Assembly: GCF_001194135.2 (NCBI RefSeq)
Contig: NC_068997.1
Coordinates: forward strand, 5,550,895 to 5,614,894
DNA: 64,000 nucleotides
Direction: 5' to 3'
Origin: Octopus bimaculoides
Taxonomy: Eukaryota
The translations under genes and the position numbers were made by a program. The notes beneath the pieces are model-generated. The model ran no database searches. It was given only the letters and a program-made list of their open reading frames with translations, and was not told the origin of the DNA. Shown here one piece after another: positions 13,531 to 27,339 of this stretch (positions are counted from its first letter, which is position 1; each line of letters opens with the position of its first letter).

Positions 13531-16500
13531 TTTCCGCTTCTGCCTTAGCATTCCAGTTCGTTGACCTCATTGTGGTTAATCATTGTCTTCACAAGATGTC
13601 CATTTCCCCCCTTATTTCTTCATTACTTTCTCCATTCATCCTTTCACAATCAGGATTATTAGAAAACGATTTTCTATTTCGAAAAACATTTTGTGTGCTA
13701 GTGTAAATGGGAAAGGGTTGTAGTGGACGTTTGATGTTTTCATACACCTTTATAATTTACTTGTCTTTACACTGGCATTACATATGTATGTATGTGTGTG
13801 TGTGTATATATATATATATACACACACGTATGTTATGTGTAGTGTATGTTTTATATCTATATATTCTCTACTATTATTATTAAAAGCAAAAAAATGTTTT
13901 GCATTTGTAAAAATTTTCCATTTTCATTCTACGGTTTCGTTCATCATGTGAAATATTTTGAGTGTGAAATGTATTGAGAAGGAGTCAGTCAGAGAGAGGG
14001 GGAGAGAGAAAAAGAGAATATCATTCTCTCTTCCATCCATCCATCCATACTCTATAGCTATGCCTGTATCTGGAGAGGCAGGCATCGGAAGAAGGTCGAC
14101 TCATCTAACAACTATGACCTACATCTCAGAAACATGGAGAGCAATGCCTTTGCTTTTATAACCTTACAGCTACCACAGCTTCTCTTCTCGCTGGCTTTTT
14201 CCATTTATTTCTTTATATTATTCTTTACCTAGTCTTTTGTTTCTTCCGGGTTAAGTATGTTTTAACAGATAACTAGACTAATTTCTTTTCAAAATTCTTT
14301 TAAACTTTTTAACTGGATTATTTAAAAGATATCTTAATCTCGTTGGCGCTAAAAAAAATTGTGTGTGTGTGTGTATAAAAATAAATAAATAAATAAATAG
14401 TCCATTGAAGATTTCCTGGTAATTTTTTTAATCAGGAAAGACCTCGCCGAAAATTGGCCAGAATTCCCGTCCTGTTTGTACTAGATTGTGGCGCTCGAAA
14501 TACATGCACACACGCACACCATACCATTTTCACGTGGTCTGTTTTTTGGGGAAAATAATACATGGTTTTCATATTTATTTATTAAACATTTTCCAGTTTT
14601 TGAGAATTTAGCAATTTAATTTTCCCCCTTCCTTCTTGGGAGTATAACTGTAGTTTGGACTTGTTAAAATTCTTAGGGGCTCAACCAACGACCTTCTAAA
14701 ATGCAACAAATCTGTTATTAAACATTTAATAATTATTGACTTGAGTATATTTTTAAAATGTTTATTTATAAAATGCGGGGTTTTTCGTGTAATGGTTTGC
14801 GATGGGTGGACTAAACGAGATGGATTTGTATGTAAGCACATGACATCTTCGTTATTTAGCCCCTGATCAATCCTCCCGATTATGCAAACGAGCTGCAACC
14901 AAAAAAGCTTTCCAGCTATGCGCATCCAATCTTTTTTTATTCCCTCATATCAGGGACTACATTGTCGAATATATCACTTAGTGTTTATTTTATTTCATTT
15001 TTTTAAGTCGGTAAAGTATGGTTTTGGGGGAGATTTAGCTGTTATTTTTAGTAGATCTATCGACCACATAAATTCCCTTGTTGGCTCATTTCGTCTTCCT
15101 TAGGTGTACGACGAGAACTAAAATTTTCCATGTTCCAAGTTTTCATATTAATCTTTTCTCTTCTGTCTTTTCCAATCAAGTGGTTTCAAAAATGTTGATT
15201 CAGAAGATGGAAGAGAAAACATGGAACCTGGTAAATGTTTGTCATCTTCTGTCAGAGTTTCGTGGAATGTCTGATGGGATTAGACATACATACACCCAAC
15301 TGCTTATCATTGGAACCTGCCATTAAAGCTGTTTGCTGCTAGGTTTCATAACTTTCTATTGGAATCGGACGGATCGTTATTTTCGTTTGTTGGTTTTTCT
15401 CTGGAATACAAATCACCAAACTACATCCATCCTTTTTCGTCTCGTATGCATAACAATCGAATGGCCAGATACAGCAATATAATTTTTTTTAGTATATCAA
15501 TATTCAATTATTGTGTAGGCCGTAGTCGCTAGTTCAGTCAACTGCAGTATATTACTGATATTTTGTATTATCGATCCTGGAAGAATAGGCACTTAAAGCG
15601 CTTATAACAGCAACATGATTCCAGAATCGAGAGGGACAGATAGATTTTATTTTAATAATGGCTTAGGATTTCGACAGAAGCCTAGCAATTTTTAGGGGAG
15701 GTGATTAATCGTTGCAGTCGACCCATTCTTGAACTTGTACTTTATTTTATCTCCCCCAAAAGAATGAAAGGTAAACCTTAGCAGAATTTGAACTCAGAAC
15801 GTAAAGTGTCCTAACCAATACAGTGGGTATTTTCCTTGATGCTGTAACCATTCTGTGAATTCGAATGAGAGGTTGGAAGTTCGATTGCCAGGTGGAGCCA
15901 TTTCCTGTATTGTATTTTGAGAGAGAGAGAGAGAGAAAAGAAAGAAGCTAATATGTCTCACGTGAGAGCTTCATTAAAAGATCCCGCATGTTTATCGTAG
16001 AAAGAAATGATTACGATGACAATAAACAAATTATAGAATGAAGCTATTACCATTTCCTCAAAAATGGCCTTTTGTATACACTGTTTTGTGTTGTTGCTAG
16101 TCTATAAGAAAACAGAATATGTTTTGGTTAAACATTAACCTATGTTTCTGATTTTATTGGTCCACCACGGGGAATGTAAAATTACTTTCTAAAGCAAGTG
16201 GTTTTTGGATCTTGGCTTTTTTTAGTTGTTGAATTTAATTGATTCTATCATGCGATGATGCTTCTGTCTTGTTCAACCCCCGTTATATCTACCTCGATAA
16301 ACTTACTACATTCTTCTTTGTAAGAATTACACATATACATTATATCTGTCTATCACACACGCAAGCATATACATGTCATGTATAAAGAAATGTGGTAGTT
16401 TGCGTCAGCAAAAATTAATCATTTGTGAAGTTCCTAAATTTGGAGAAACTGATACATTAAACTTCATAGGTTTTGTTCTAGTATAATTTCAGAATTATAA

Positions 16501-17607
16501 TGTTAGAGAGAAAAATGGGTCGGTCGAACAACAAAAGGATTATGAATTTCTATTGGTCTTGTTCACCTTCAGTATAGTCAGGTGCAGGCGAAACCATGCA
16601 TGTGCTCCAAGTTGTGTTATGTAATTTTTCTCTTTTCTTGCAGTCTCACTCGTTCTTTAAAGTGAGAACTACATGCAGTAAATCCAAGCTTTGTGTCAGT
16701 ATTCCATCATAAAGAGGTGAAATAGCTGAAAGACGTATTAATTCTACAAGTTCATAGGTTTTGTGTTGAAATCCTTTGGAGACATTTTTTAATTTTGTTT
16801 TAGGGCATTATACTTAACTTATCAGTGAGTAGGAACGAGGCAACCAAAGGGTTTTACTAGCATATATAACAGTCTCCTGTTCAGATGTTATTTGCATAAC
16901 ACTGGAGTTAAGCTAAAGTCTTGGTTCTAAAGAAATCTTTTAGAATGGTATATTTAGTTCATGTCTCTTCTATTATAATTCCATTCCCATCTAGGATTCA
17001 TTATAGAAATTAATCTCACTATTTGATTTGTACTTTAGTTTGCCCTCAAGGATGAAAGGCAAAATTTATCATTGAGGGTGGGCTAAATATTTGAATTTAG
17101 AATATAAAGGCCATAAATATTTACAGCAAAACATTTTTATTTGACTTCTAATGCATAGATTTGACTTTGTGGTTTAGATCGAAGTATAAACTAGATCTTA
17201 CAGGCCAGATAGAGAGAATTATTCCTAAAACCATATTCATAAACATGGACCAAAGTAAATGATTAATAACAGCTCTGAATATGTGCTAGCAATATATATT
17301 TTACAGAATAATTTAAACTAAAAATAATATTTTTGTTTGTAACATTCAACCAAGAGAGCAGATTAAACATTGTCACTGGCTATGTGTTATACACTCCTGT
17401 TCTAATGTTTCCGCCAAGGGCATGAGTATTGCTTAAATTTATTCATGATGGTTGAGCCAGGCTGATACAGCAAATCTTACATTTTAGGCAACAGTTAACC
17501 TGTCACTTATTCTATTGGTCACTTTTGCTGAATTTTTAAATAACTGTGATGTAAACAAACCGACTGTCAAACAGTGTGTGGCGGACAGGCACAAAGATAC
17601 ACACACG

Positions 17608-18665
17608 TGGCTGTGTGGTAAGAAGCTTACTTCTCAACCACATGATTCTGGGTTCGGTCCAACTGCATGACACCTTGGGCAAGCATCTTCTACTATAGCC
17701 TCAAGCCTACCAAAGCCTTTGTGAGTGGATTTGGTAGACAGAAACTTAAAGAATTTCGTATATATATATATATATAGGCGTAGGAATGGCTGTATGGTAA
17801 GTAGCTTGCTTACCAACCACATGGTTCCGGGTTCAGTCCCACTGCGTAGCATCTTGGGCAAGTGTCTTCTACTATAGCCTCCGGCCGACCAAAATCTTGT
17901 GAGTGGATTTGGTAGACAGAAACTTAAAGAATTTCGTATATATATATATATATAGGCGTAGGAATGGCTGTATGGTANNNNNNNNNNNNNNNNNNNNNNN
18001 NNNNNNNNNNNNNNNNNNNNNNNNNNNNNNNNNNNNNNNNNNNNNNNNNNNNNNNNNNNNNNNNNNNCAAAACTGGCCGATAGAATAAGTACTAGGCTTA
18101 CAAAGAATAAGTCCTGGGGGCGATTTGCTCGACTAAAGGCAGTGCTCCAGCATGGCCGCAGTCAAATGACTGAAACGAGTAAAAGAGTATATATATGTAT
18201 TCATGTCTTTGTGTCTGTTTGTCCTGCCCCAGCATCGATTGACAACCAATGTTAGTGTGTTTATACCCCCGTAACTTACCAGTTCGGTAAAAGTGACCGA
18301 TAGAAAAAGTATTAGGCTTACAGAGAATGAGTACTGGGGTCGATTTCTTTGACTAAAAACCTTTTAAGGCAGTGCTCTAGCATGACCACAGTCAAATGAG
18401 TGAAACAATAAAAAGAATACAAGAATGTATGTCTTTTATCTTTTACTTGTTTCAGTCATTAGACTGTGGTCATGCTGGGGCACCACTTTGAATTTTTTTT
18501 TAGCTGAATAGATTGACCCCCTCCCAGTACTTCTTTTTAAAGCCTGGTACTTATTCCATCAGTCACTTTTGCTGAACTGCTAGATTACGAGGATGCAAAC
18601 ACACCAACACCAGTTGTTAAGCTGTAGCAGGGGGACAAACAGGCACAATGACACACAACACATAT

Positions 18666-18700
<35 letters not shown>

Positions 18701-18830
18701 TGACAGGCTTCTTTCAATTTCTGTCTACCAAATCCACTCACAAGGCTTTGGTTATCCTGAGACTATAGTAGAAGACACTTGCCCAAGGTGCCTCACAGGG
18801 GGACTGAACTCAGGACCATGTGGTTGGGAA
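17608..18830. mobile_element. Cluster of CORE-type SINE heads and tails in both orientations
   Basis: Heads at about 17608, 17775 and 17953 (+); tails at 18068-18190 and 18200-18420 (+); reverse copy at 18430-18830. Confidence 0.8.
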
Positions 18831-20569
18831 CATACATTTTTTATTAATATTTATTCATGCCAATGCACAAAACTCTGACCTTGAGTCACACTGTTGCTTC
18901 TGCTAAATATTCATAAAAATATACATATGCTCATATTTTGAGTTCTATTTTCCCTGTGTATACACACACACATACACATGAAAACTTCCACACAGTTTCT
19001 GTCTACCAAATTCACTCACAATGTGTTAGTCAGCCTGGAGCTACAATAGAAGATACTTGCCCGAGGTACTGTGCTGTGGAACTGAACCCACAACCAATAA
19101 TGATAATATTATGATCAACGGGCATGGAATTATACTATCGGTGGAACCACTGACGCAATCCCTTGCAGTGTGTAATTTTCGATCTTTTATGACCTGAGTT
19201 CAAATCCTGCCATAGCCACCGCCTTAAAATAATGTGGTTGATTTTCAGAAGTTTAAGGAGTGATAGTCACTTTATACCGCTCTCTATCATTGGTAGTCCA
19301 AGTTAGAAGAGATTATTGTAATAAGTGGAGTGGTAGTGGTGTTGGTAGTTTATAGTTCATGCTGGGTTATAACTGTCTGACCTGAATCAAGGCTCAAGAG
19401 ATCTTTAAGAATCAGCCATGTTTTTGTTGTTATCCTGCACCTGACGGCTAGTCATTAGGTATGTTATCTCCTGGTTTATTAGTGCACATGTACTAACCCT
19501 GTAAAGTTTTATATATTTGCAGTGACCAGTAATCCAAATGATGGATTTGAAATGTTACACTGCAAGGTGATGGATGACAAGGGCTAGTCACAGACCTCAG
19601 AAATAATGTTGAATTGATGTTGTTCACTACAATGTGCACCCCTCCAGGTGACCTACTCTACTGGTTATTAGAAGAACTTAATAAGGTGTTCAGTGTTACT
19701 GGAAATGCTAACAATATTGCAGATATACAAAGATTATATTTCACACAAGGAAAGCAACAAGGCCTTATATCTTGATACTTCTACGTTGTTTTCTATTCTT
19801 CCAAACACTGTAGATACCAGTCCAATCTGTCCTTTCAACAATGGCCAGATATGTTTCCAAGGAGAATAATAAACAAATGTTACTATCTGTATAAATAATG
19901 ACTTGTTTCCACTCAACACATTAAGCCAAAGGGAATGTACACGCGCGCGCGCACACACACAAATTGGTTTCTTATGGCTTTCATCTGAAAATTGCACTCA
20001 CAAGGCATTGCTCAGCTTATAGCTATAGTAGAGGGCACCAGTCAATAAGCCTATGCAATGCCTCAACTGCAAGGTTGCAAAATGCTTACATGGCCATGCC
20101 TATGCCTAAGTACATATATCTGCCTGCATGTTTGTGTGTGTGTAAATATATATATATATATATATATATAGGCACGCATCTAATTATGTGTGTGTGTGTA
20201 TATCATCATCATCTTTTAATGTCTGTTCTTCATGCTGGCATGAGTTGGATGGTTTAACTGGAGTTGGCCAGCTGGAGCGCTGCCCGGGCTCCATTTGTCT
20301 GTTTTGTCATGGTTTGTATAGCTGGATGCCCTTCCTAACGCCAGCCACTTTCCAGAGCATACTGGGTGTTATGTAGTAGCAGCATGGGTGCTTTTGTATC
20401 ACTGGCATGGGCACGATTTTGTGGTACTGGAATGGGTATTTTTACGTGTGTGTGTGTGTGTGTATGTTATTGTATTTAATCAATTTTTCTCTGTTAATTT
20501 GGCTTGGATGAGACTTAGTGGCCAGATGTCTTTCCTATTGTTGCCATCTTTTACCTGTTTTACCACTTC

Positions 20570-20990
20570 ACATATTGGAATTGCTGAACCACAGGATATA
20601 TCTTTTACAGCAGCTATAACAGCCAAGGACATGCGTAGGCTTGAGAGAAATGTAGCCAGTATGCTTTGCTGGATGAGCAATGTCAGTGTGCATGTTCAAC
20701 AGAGTGTCAGCATCTTAAGAGAAAAGCTAGGCATAAGTGGAACCAGATGTGGTGTGCAAGAGAGACAACTGCGCTGGTATGGTCATGTGATGTGTATGGA
20801 TGAGGACAGTTGTGTAAAGAAGTGCTAATCTCTAACTGTGGAGGGAACCTGTGTTAGAGGTAGACCCAGGAAGACGTGGGACGAGGTGGTGAAGCATGAT
20901 CTTCGAACTTTGAACCTCATAGAGGCAATGAATAGTGACAGACCTTTGGGGAGGTGCTCTGCTTAAGAGGACCCATTAAGCCAAGTGCAT
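20570..20990 (+). mobile_element. RTE LINE 3-prime fragment
   Basis: RLERNVASMLCWMSNV..QLRWYGHVMCMDEDSCVKKC, then RGRPRKTW. Confidence 0.8.
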
Positions 20991-22181
20991 GATGTGAACT
21001 CTCAGTTTAAAATAATTTCTTTATGGTACTCTGATTCTTCCACTTTGTCAACCTTTTACATTAAATAATGATTTCAAATTTTAGAAGAAGGCTAGCAATT
21101 TTGGGGGAGCAAGTCAATTAGATTGACCCCAGTGTTCAACTGGTACTTATTTTATTGACTCTGAAAGGATGAAAGGCAAAGTCAAGCCTGGTGGAATTTG
21201 AACTCAGAACATAAAGATGGATGAAATATTGCTAAGTGTTTTGTCTGGCATGCTGAAGATTCTGCTGGTTAGTTTCTAACGTAGGCATAATGCCAGAAGT
21301 TTTGAGGGTGAGTGTAATCCAATTGAACCATAGTTCACAGCTGGTACTTAATTATCAACCATTCATCCTTTGAGGAATGAAAAGCAAAATCAACTTCAGA
21401 ACTGAAATGTAGCTATCTACCGCCAGGTGTTCCGTCTTATGCTCTTCCAGCTTTGTCATCCAAACAGTATGAAGAATGGAGTTGTTTGGTACATCGCTGA
21501 AGACTTTTTGTTTTCTTCTGAGCAGTCATTCTCTGTACTCGTCAATGTAACAGGTGGGGAGATTGTTTGATGGTTGATTAGGGTTAATAGAGTTTGGTGA
21601 ATTTTAGAGTTTTCTATCAAGTTGCCACCCTGGGGCAATGTAAATAATGACAAGACCAACAGTAGTAATACACAGCTATTTCTATCATGCTGCTAAAAGC
21701 CAACCAGGTAATCTATGTGGTTACTTAATCAGCTAGAAATGACAGCTAAATTTCCCTTAAATCACACTGTCATCTTTAAAAAAGTTCTCATTGGAGACTG
21801 TAATTCTGAGTTCCATGTACATAGGAAAAGTGTGAGGTGGTCACAGAGTATTCAGCCCACCCAAGGGCAGTGTAAATAGTAATAAGAGCAACAGCCACAA
21901 CATTTTGTTAGTTCCACCTATTTGTCTTTTCAGAATAGTGTTGATAGTAACATCACACAGTTCTATACTTTTGCCACCTGAGAATAATTGAAATTGTAAC
22001 AACTAAAACAGTTTCACTGTAGTTCTACCTAGTTGCTGCACCAGAGTAGTGTTAATAGTGACAAGAATAATGAAACATTGTGGTTTACAATTGACTAACC
22101 TTATTTGCAAGTTGTTTTATCTAAGATGTAGAGGATAGTGATTATAACAAACAGTGCGATGTAATCTCTTATCAAGTGATG

Positions 22182-22849
22182 NNNNNNNNNNNNNNNNNNN
22201 NNNNNNNNNNNNNNNNNNNNNNNNNNNNNNNNNNNNNNNNNNNNNNNNNNNNNNNNNNNNNNNNNNNNNNNNNNNNNNNNNNNNNNNNNNNNNNNNNNNN
22301 NNNNNNNNNNNNNNNNNNNNNNNNNNNNNNNNNNNNNNNNNNNNNNNNNNNNNNNNNNNNNNNNNNNNNNNNNNNNNNNNNNNNNNNNNNNNNNNNNNNN
22401 NNNNNNNNNNNNNNNNNNNNNNNNNNNNNNNNNNNNNNNNNNNNNNNNNNNNNNNNNNNNNNNNNNNNNNNNNNNNNNNNNNNNNNNNNNNNNNNNNNNN
22501 NNNNNNNNNNNNNNNNNNNNNNNNNNNNNNNNNNNNNNNNNNNNNNNNNNNNNNNNNNNNNNNNNNNNNNNNNNNNNNNNNNNNNNNNNNNNNNNNNNNN
22601 NNNNNNNNNNNNNNNNNNNNNNNNNNNNNNNNNNNNNNNNNNNNNNNNNNNNNNNNNNNNNNNNNNNNNNNNNNNNNNNNNNNNNNNNNNNNNNNNNNNN
22701 NNNNNNNNNNNNNNNNNNNNNNNNNNNNNNNNNNNNNNNNNNNNNNNNNNNNNNNNNNNNNNNNNNNNNNNNNNNNNNNNNNNNNNNNNNNNNNNNNNNN
22801 NNNNNNNNNNNNNNNNNNNNNNNNNNNNNNNNNNNNNNNNNNNNNNNNN
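22182..22849. other. Assembly gap; others near 1766-1829, 7542-7650, 10131-10140, 17978-18067, 24189-24503, 25566-25575, 28258-28772, 44407-44460, 51438-52130, 54399-54911 and 56239-56471
   Basis: Runs of N. Confidence 0.99.
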
Positions 22850-23303
22850 TAACTAATTTATTCAAATTAATGCCAATGGCCTATTTGAGTTATTTCCTTT
22901 AACTCGTCTTTATTTGTATGAAATGTACTGGCCAAACATTAATTCATATCTCATTTTTCTGGATGTAAAAAAAATAAAGGCTTTTTTTAATGAAAAGTAA
23001 TGATAAATATACACAATTTGAAGAACTGTGGTAGAATTAAGAGGAATAAAAGTCATTACTTTGAATTATTAAAGGGATTCAAAGTCATACTGGTTTCATC
23101 AATTGCTGTTCACTGGCTTTGAATGCGCACTGATTATCAAATGGTGTCGGGTCTACTAGTCCCTCAGTAAAAAGATCATATGCAAGGGAGGTAAGTTGTT
23201 CTGGGAGTGGCGCAATTAGGGTAGATGTAATACTATAATATGAATGGTGTATGGAGTGTATGGGAGTTAGTGGTATTAATGATAAGGTTAGTAGTGTTCT
23301 ATA

Positions 23304-23952
23304 TTATGCATTCATGTTGAGTTGTGGATGACATTTATTGATGAAAGTTGCTTCTTTATTCATTCTTTGCTTAACAGAAGTTTTCTGTGGACATTGATAT
23401 AAAGAGAACATTTGGAAGTTAGGATTAAGGTTCCTAACACACCTTTTAATGTGTTCACTGACCTGTAACTCTGTATTGTGGGTAGCGGATTTGTTCTTTG
23501 TGCAGAGTTGTTCTTTGATGGAGTGACATTCCTGTTTGGCCAATATAATGATTATCACACTCTAAGCAGGTAATGGCATAGATTAGGTTTTCCGAGGCAC
23601 AGGTGAAATTTAATTTTATCTTAAATGTTTCACCTTGTTTAATGTGGAACTCTGTACCCTCCAAAAGGTGGGGGCATGTGCCACAATTAGGCCGACCACA
23701 TTTTTTCACTTTTGGTTCCATTGTTAATGGATATAGTCTTGCGTTGGTTAATATTTTTTTCAATGATTTTGGTTGCATTTTGCTTTTGATAATTTTGTGT
23801 GAGCCTAAAATTTTGTTCATTATTTTATCTCCTGTGAGGGTGGGTAGATTTTTGATGATAATGTTGAAGGCCTCATTGTTTGTAGAGGTTGTGTGTGGAG
23901 ATATATGGGAGTATTTTTAAGTCTGGTGTTGTATTCCAGTTGACTTCCCTTA
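23304..23952 (-). mobile_element. Penelope-like element fragment: RT thumb end, Cys linker and GIY-YIG endonuclease
   Basis: LPYISTHN..KCGRPNCGTC..FTCASENLIYAITCLECDNHYIGQT..LHKEQI, then a frameshift to VSEHIKRC..KEATFINKCHPQLN and stop. Confidence 0.88.
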
Positions 23953-24513
23953 ATGTTCGTATGTCTATTTCCTTTGCTTGTTTATTCCCATCATGAACTG
24001 TGGCCATGCTGGGGCACCACCATTTTGTGTTACTACATAATTTTACTTCACGAATGCTTTTTAGGAATTGACATTTGGTGCATTAGGGAGTTTGATGCCA
24101 CTGCCCTCATCTGCACCTCCTGCCGCAAAGTTTGCACATCTGGGACACTTGACAGAGGTCCAGCTTTATTTTGAAGACACTTACATCCNNNNNNNNNNNN
24201 NNNNNNNNNNNNNNNNNNNNNNNNNNNNNNNNNNNNNNNNNNNNNNNNNNNNNNNNNNNNNNNNNNNNNNNNNNNNNNNNNNNNNNNNNNNNNNNNNNNN
24301 NNNNNNNNNNNNNNNNNNNNNNNNNNNNNNNNNNNNNNNNNNNNNNNNNNNNNNNNNNNNNNNNNNNNNNNNNNNNNNNNNNNNNNNNNNNNNNNNNNNN
24401 NNNNNNNNNNNNNNNNNNNNNNNNNNNNNNNNNNNNNNNNNNNNNNNNNNNNNNNNNNNNNNNNNNNNNNNNNNNNNNNNNNNNNNNNNNNNNNNNNNNN
24501 NNNATATAATACA

Positions 24514-24707
24514 TACTCTTTTACTTGTTTCAGTCATTTGACTGCGGCCATGCTGGAGCATCGCCTTTAGTCGAACAAATCGACCCCAGGACTTATTCTT
24601 TATAAGCCTAGTACTTATTCTATCGGTCTCTTTTGCTGAAGCGCTAAGTTACGGGGACGTAAACACACCAACATCGATTGTTGAGCGATGGTGGGGGACA
24701 AACAAAG

Positions 24708-24749
<42 letters not shown>

Positions 24750-24916
24750 GACGGGCTTCTTTCAGTTTCCGTCTACCAAATCCACTCACATGGCTTTGGT
24801 CGGCCCGAGGCTATAGTAGAAGTCACTTGCCCAAGGTGCCATGCCATGCAGTGGGACTGAACCTGGAACCATGTGGTTGGTAAGCAAGCTACTTACCACA
24901 CAGCCACTCCTGCGCC
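24514..24916 (-). mobile_element. Full-length tRNA-derived CORE-type octopus SINE
   Basis: Reverse complement shows a tRNA head (ggcgcaggagtggctgtgtggtaag..ggttcagtccc), CORE-like ccttgggcaagtg, an internal (TA)/(TG) tract and tail ..gactgaaacaagtaaaagag. Many partial copies occur elsewhere (26560-26830, 33330-33480, 36990-37200, 54330-54375, 62600-62790). Confidence 0.8.
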
Positions 24917-25318
24917 TATATATATTACATATATATATTACATATACATCATCATTATCATCATCATTTAATGTCCGCTTTCTATGTTAACATGGGTTGG
25001 GCGATTTGACTGAGGGCTGGTGAATCAGATGGCTGCACCAGGCTTGAATCTGATTTGGCAGAGTTTCTGCATCTGGATGCCCTTCCTAATGTCAACCACT
25101 CCGAGAATGTAGTGGGTGCTTTTACGTACCACCAGCATGAAGGTCAGTCAGGCGGTACTGGCAGCGGCAACGCTCAAAATGGTGTATTTTACGTGCCACC
25201 GGCACAAGTGCCAGGAATGCGATGCTGGTAACGATCATGCTCGAACGGTGCTCTTAGCGCTCCACTGGTACAGGTGCCATCACAATTCTAGTATATATAT
25301 ATATTACATATATATATG

Positions 25319-25349
<31 letters not shown>

Positions 25350-25415
25350 TACATATACATATATGTATATATGTATTACATATATATGTATATATATTAC
25401 ATTTATATATATATA

Positions 25416-25850
25416 TCATCATCATCATCGTCGTTTAACGTCCGCTTTCCATGCTAGCATGGGTTGGACGATTTGACTGAGGACTGGTGAAACCAGATGG
25501 CTACACCAGGCTCCAATCTGATTTGGCAGAGTTTCTACAGCTGGATGCTCTTCCTAACGCCAACCNNNNNNNNNNTGGTGAAACCAGATGGCTACACCAG
25601 GCTCCAATCTGATTTGGCAGAGTTTCTACAGCTGGATGCTCTTCCTAACGCCAACCACTCAGAGAGTGTAGTAGGTGCTTTTACATGTCACCCGCATGAA
25701 GGCCAGTCAGGCGGTACTGGCAATGGCCATGCTCAAGGTGGTGTATTTTATATGCCACCCGCACAAGAGCCAGTCCAAGGGCACTGGCAACAATCTCGCT
25801 CGAAAATCCTACGAAGGCCAGTCCAGCGGTACTGGCAATGGTCACGCTCT
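25416..25850 (-). mobile_element. Abundant short retroposon family with (GAT)n tail; more than 15 copies in the window (e.g. 5330-5610, 20200-20400, 24955-25300, 26830-26995, 36660-36820, 57390-57600)
   Basis: Shared motif gttggcattaggaagggcatccagctgtagaaac..ccaacccatgctagcatggaaagcggacgttaaacgatgatgatg. Confidence 0.75.
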
Positions 25851-27049
25851 ACAAATACATGTGTATATATATATATATATGTATATATATGTGTGTGTGT
25901 GTCTGTATATATATATATTTTCTTTTACTCTTTTACTTGTTTCAGTCATTTGACTGCGGCCATGCTGGAGCACCACCTTTAGTCGAGCAAATCAACTCCA
26001 GCATAAATTTACATTATTTGGTGATAAATATCTGTTGTACACCACAGATAGCATATGGAGAGGCCATTTGTATGTTTGAGAGATGGTTTTTCCAGGTGAG
26101 GCCAAGTATTGTTTAGACTGTGGAAATAGAAAACATTGAAAACTGAATGTTTCTATCTGTGATATGCAGGCCCCAACTTTTACTGCCACACTGGAGTACC
26201 TGGAGAGTGAATATAATTCACATAGTTCTTCTTGACTGTAACTTGGTAATTTATTAAGAAAACTTTAGTTGGCTCTCTTCTCACTATATAATGGATATGT
26301 GTAATCTTTCAAAAGTGAAGGGAGACAACTTAGTGATGTCACAAGCTACCTCAGTGTTGAGAAGCCCTAAGTAATTAATTATAAAGCAATGATTACTTTT
26401 GATTAGTCACCAGCCCAATATTTTTATAAAATTTCTAATATTTTTCAAGACTGTTAAAGAGGTATAATAAATTAAATCCTCTCCGGTATTTTACAAGTAG
26501 CTGTTTTATTATTGCATGATGTCCAGACAAGGAGACATGCTTGGGCATTACCTAGTAGTTATTTTTTAAAAAACCTGGCACTTAATCTGTCAGTTTCTTA
26601 TGCTGAACTACTATGTTATGGCGACATAAAGAAACTAACACTGATTGTAAAGCAGTCGGGGAGACACACACACGCACACACAAAATACGTTGTGCTTCCA
26701 CAGTTTCTGTCTACTAAATTCAATCATAGGGCATTGGTTGTTTTGGGGCTATACTGAAAGACAACTTGCCTAAAGTGGCATGTAGTGGTTCTGAACCTGA
26801 AACCACATGGTTGTAAAGCAAGCTCCGTAACCACACATCCATGTCTGTGCCACTTTGTAAAGTGGTTGGCATTAGGAAGGGCATCCAGCCATGGAAACCA
26901 TGCCAAAACAGACAGCTCTTCAGCTGGCCAGCTCCTGTCAAATTCTCCAACTCATGCCAGCATGGAAAAAAGACATTAGATGATGATGATGATGAATTTA
27001 CTTTATTATAAAAGTTACTGTTGTTTATAACATTTCAATTTCTTTACCA

Positions 27050-27235
27050 TTTCTAATGTTGATGGTGTAAGATATGTTGATGTATTCAATTAGAGTGGTG
27101 TATCTTGTGTAAAATTTAACACTTCAGCATTTGAAATATTGATGGCATTAGATATGCTGATGTATTTATATAGAGTGGTGTGTCTTGTCTAAAGTTTAAC
27201 ACATTAGTAATTGTAATGTTAATGGTGCTGGATAA
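27050..27235. repeat. Diverged minisatellite, ~79-bp unit, about 2.4 copies
   Basis: agatatgytgatgtatt..tagagtggtgtrtcttgt..tttaacac recurs at 79-bp spacing. Confidence 0.7.
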
Positions 27236-27339
27236 ATATTTTAATCACAGAGAATAGATGAAAGAAAAATGCAATTTGCTGTATGATTTAGTGGAAGTTT
27301 TCCTGCTACTAATAATAAGTATGTTGTTACAGCCAGATG

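Noticed and set aside
8696-13570. Many YIYI/CVCV/HTHT ORFs
   Set aside because: Translations of microsatellites.
16625-16720. Strong-looking acceptor tttttctcttttcttgcag at 16643 in intron 1
   Set aside because: The phase-1 reading stops after five codons and I found no good donor; a poison exon cannot be supported without reads.
17775-17977. Tandem duplications beside gaps (also 25490-25640 and 51107-51147 versus 51398-51437)
   Set aside because: Near-identical copies abutting N-runs are most likely scaffolding overlaps.
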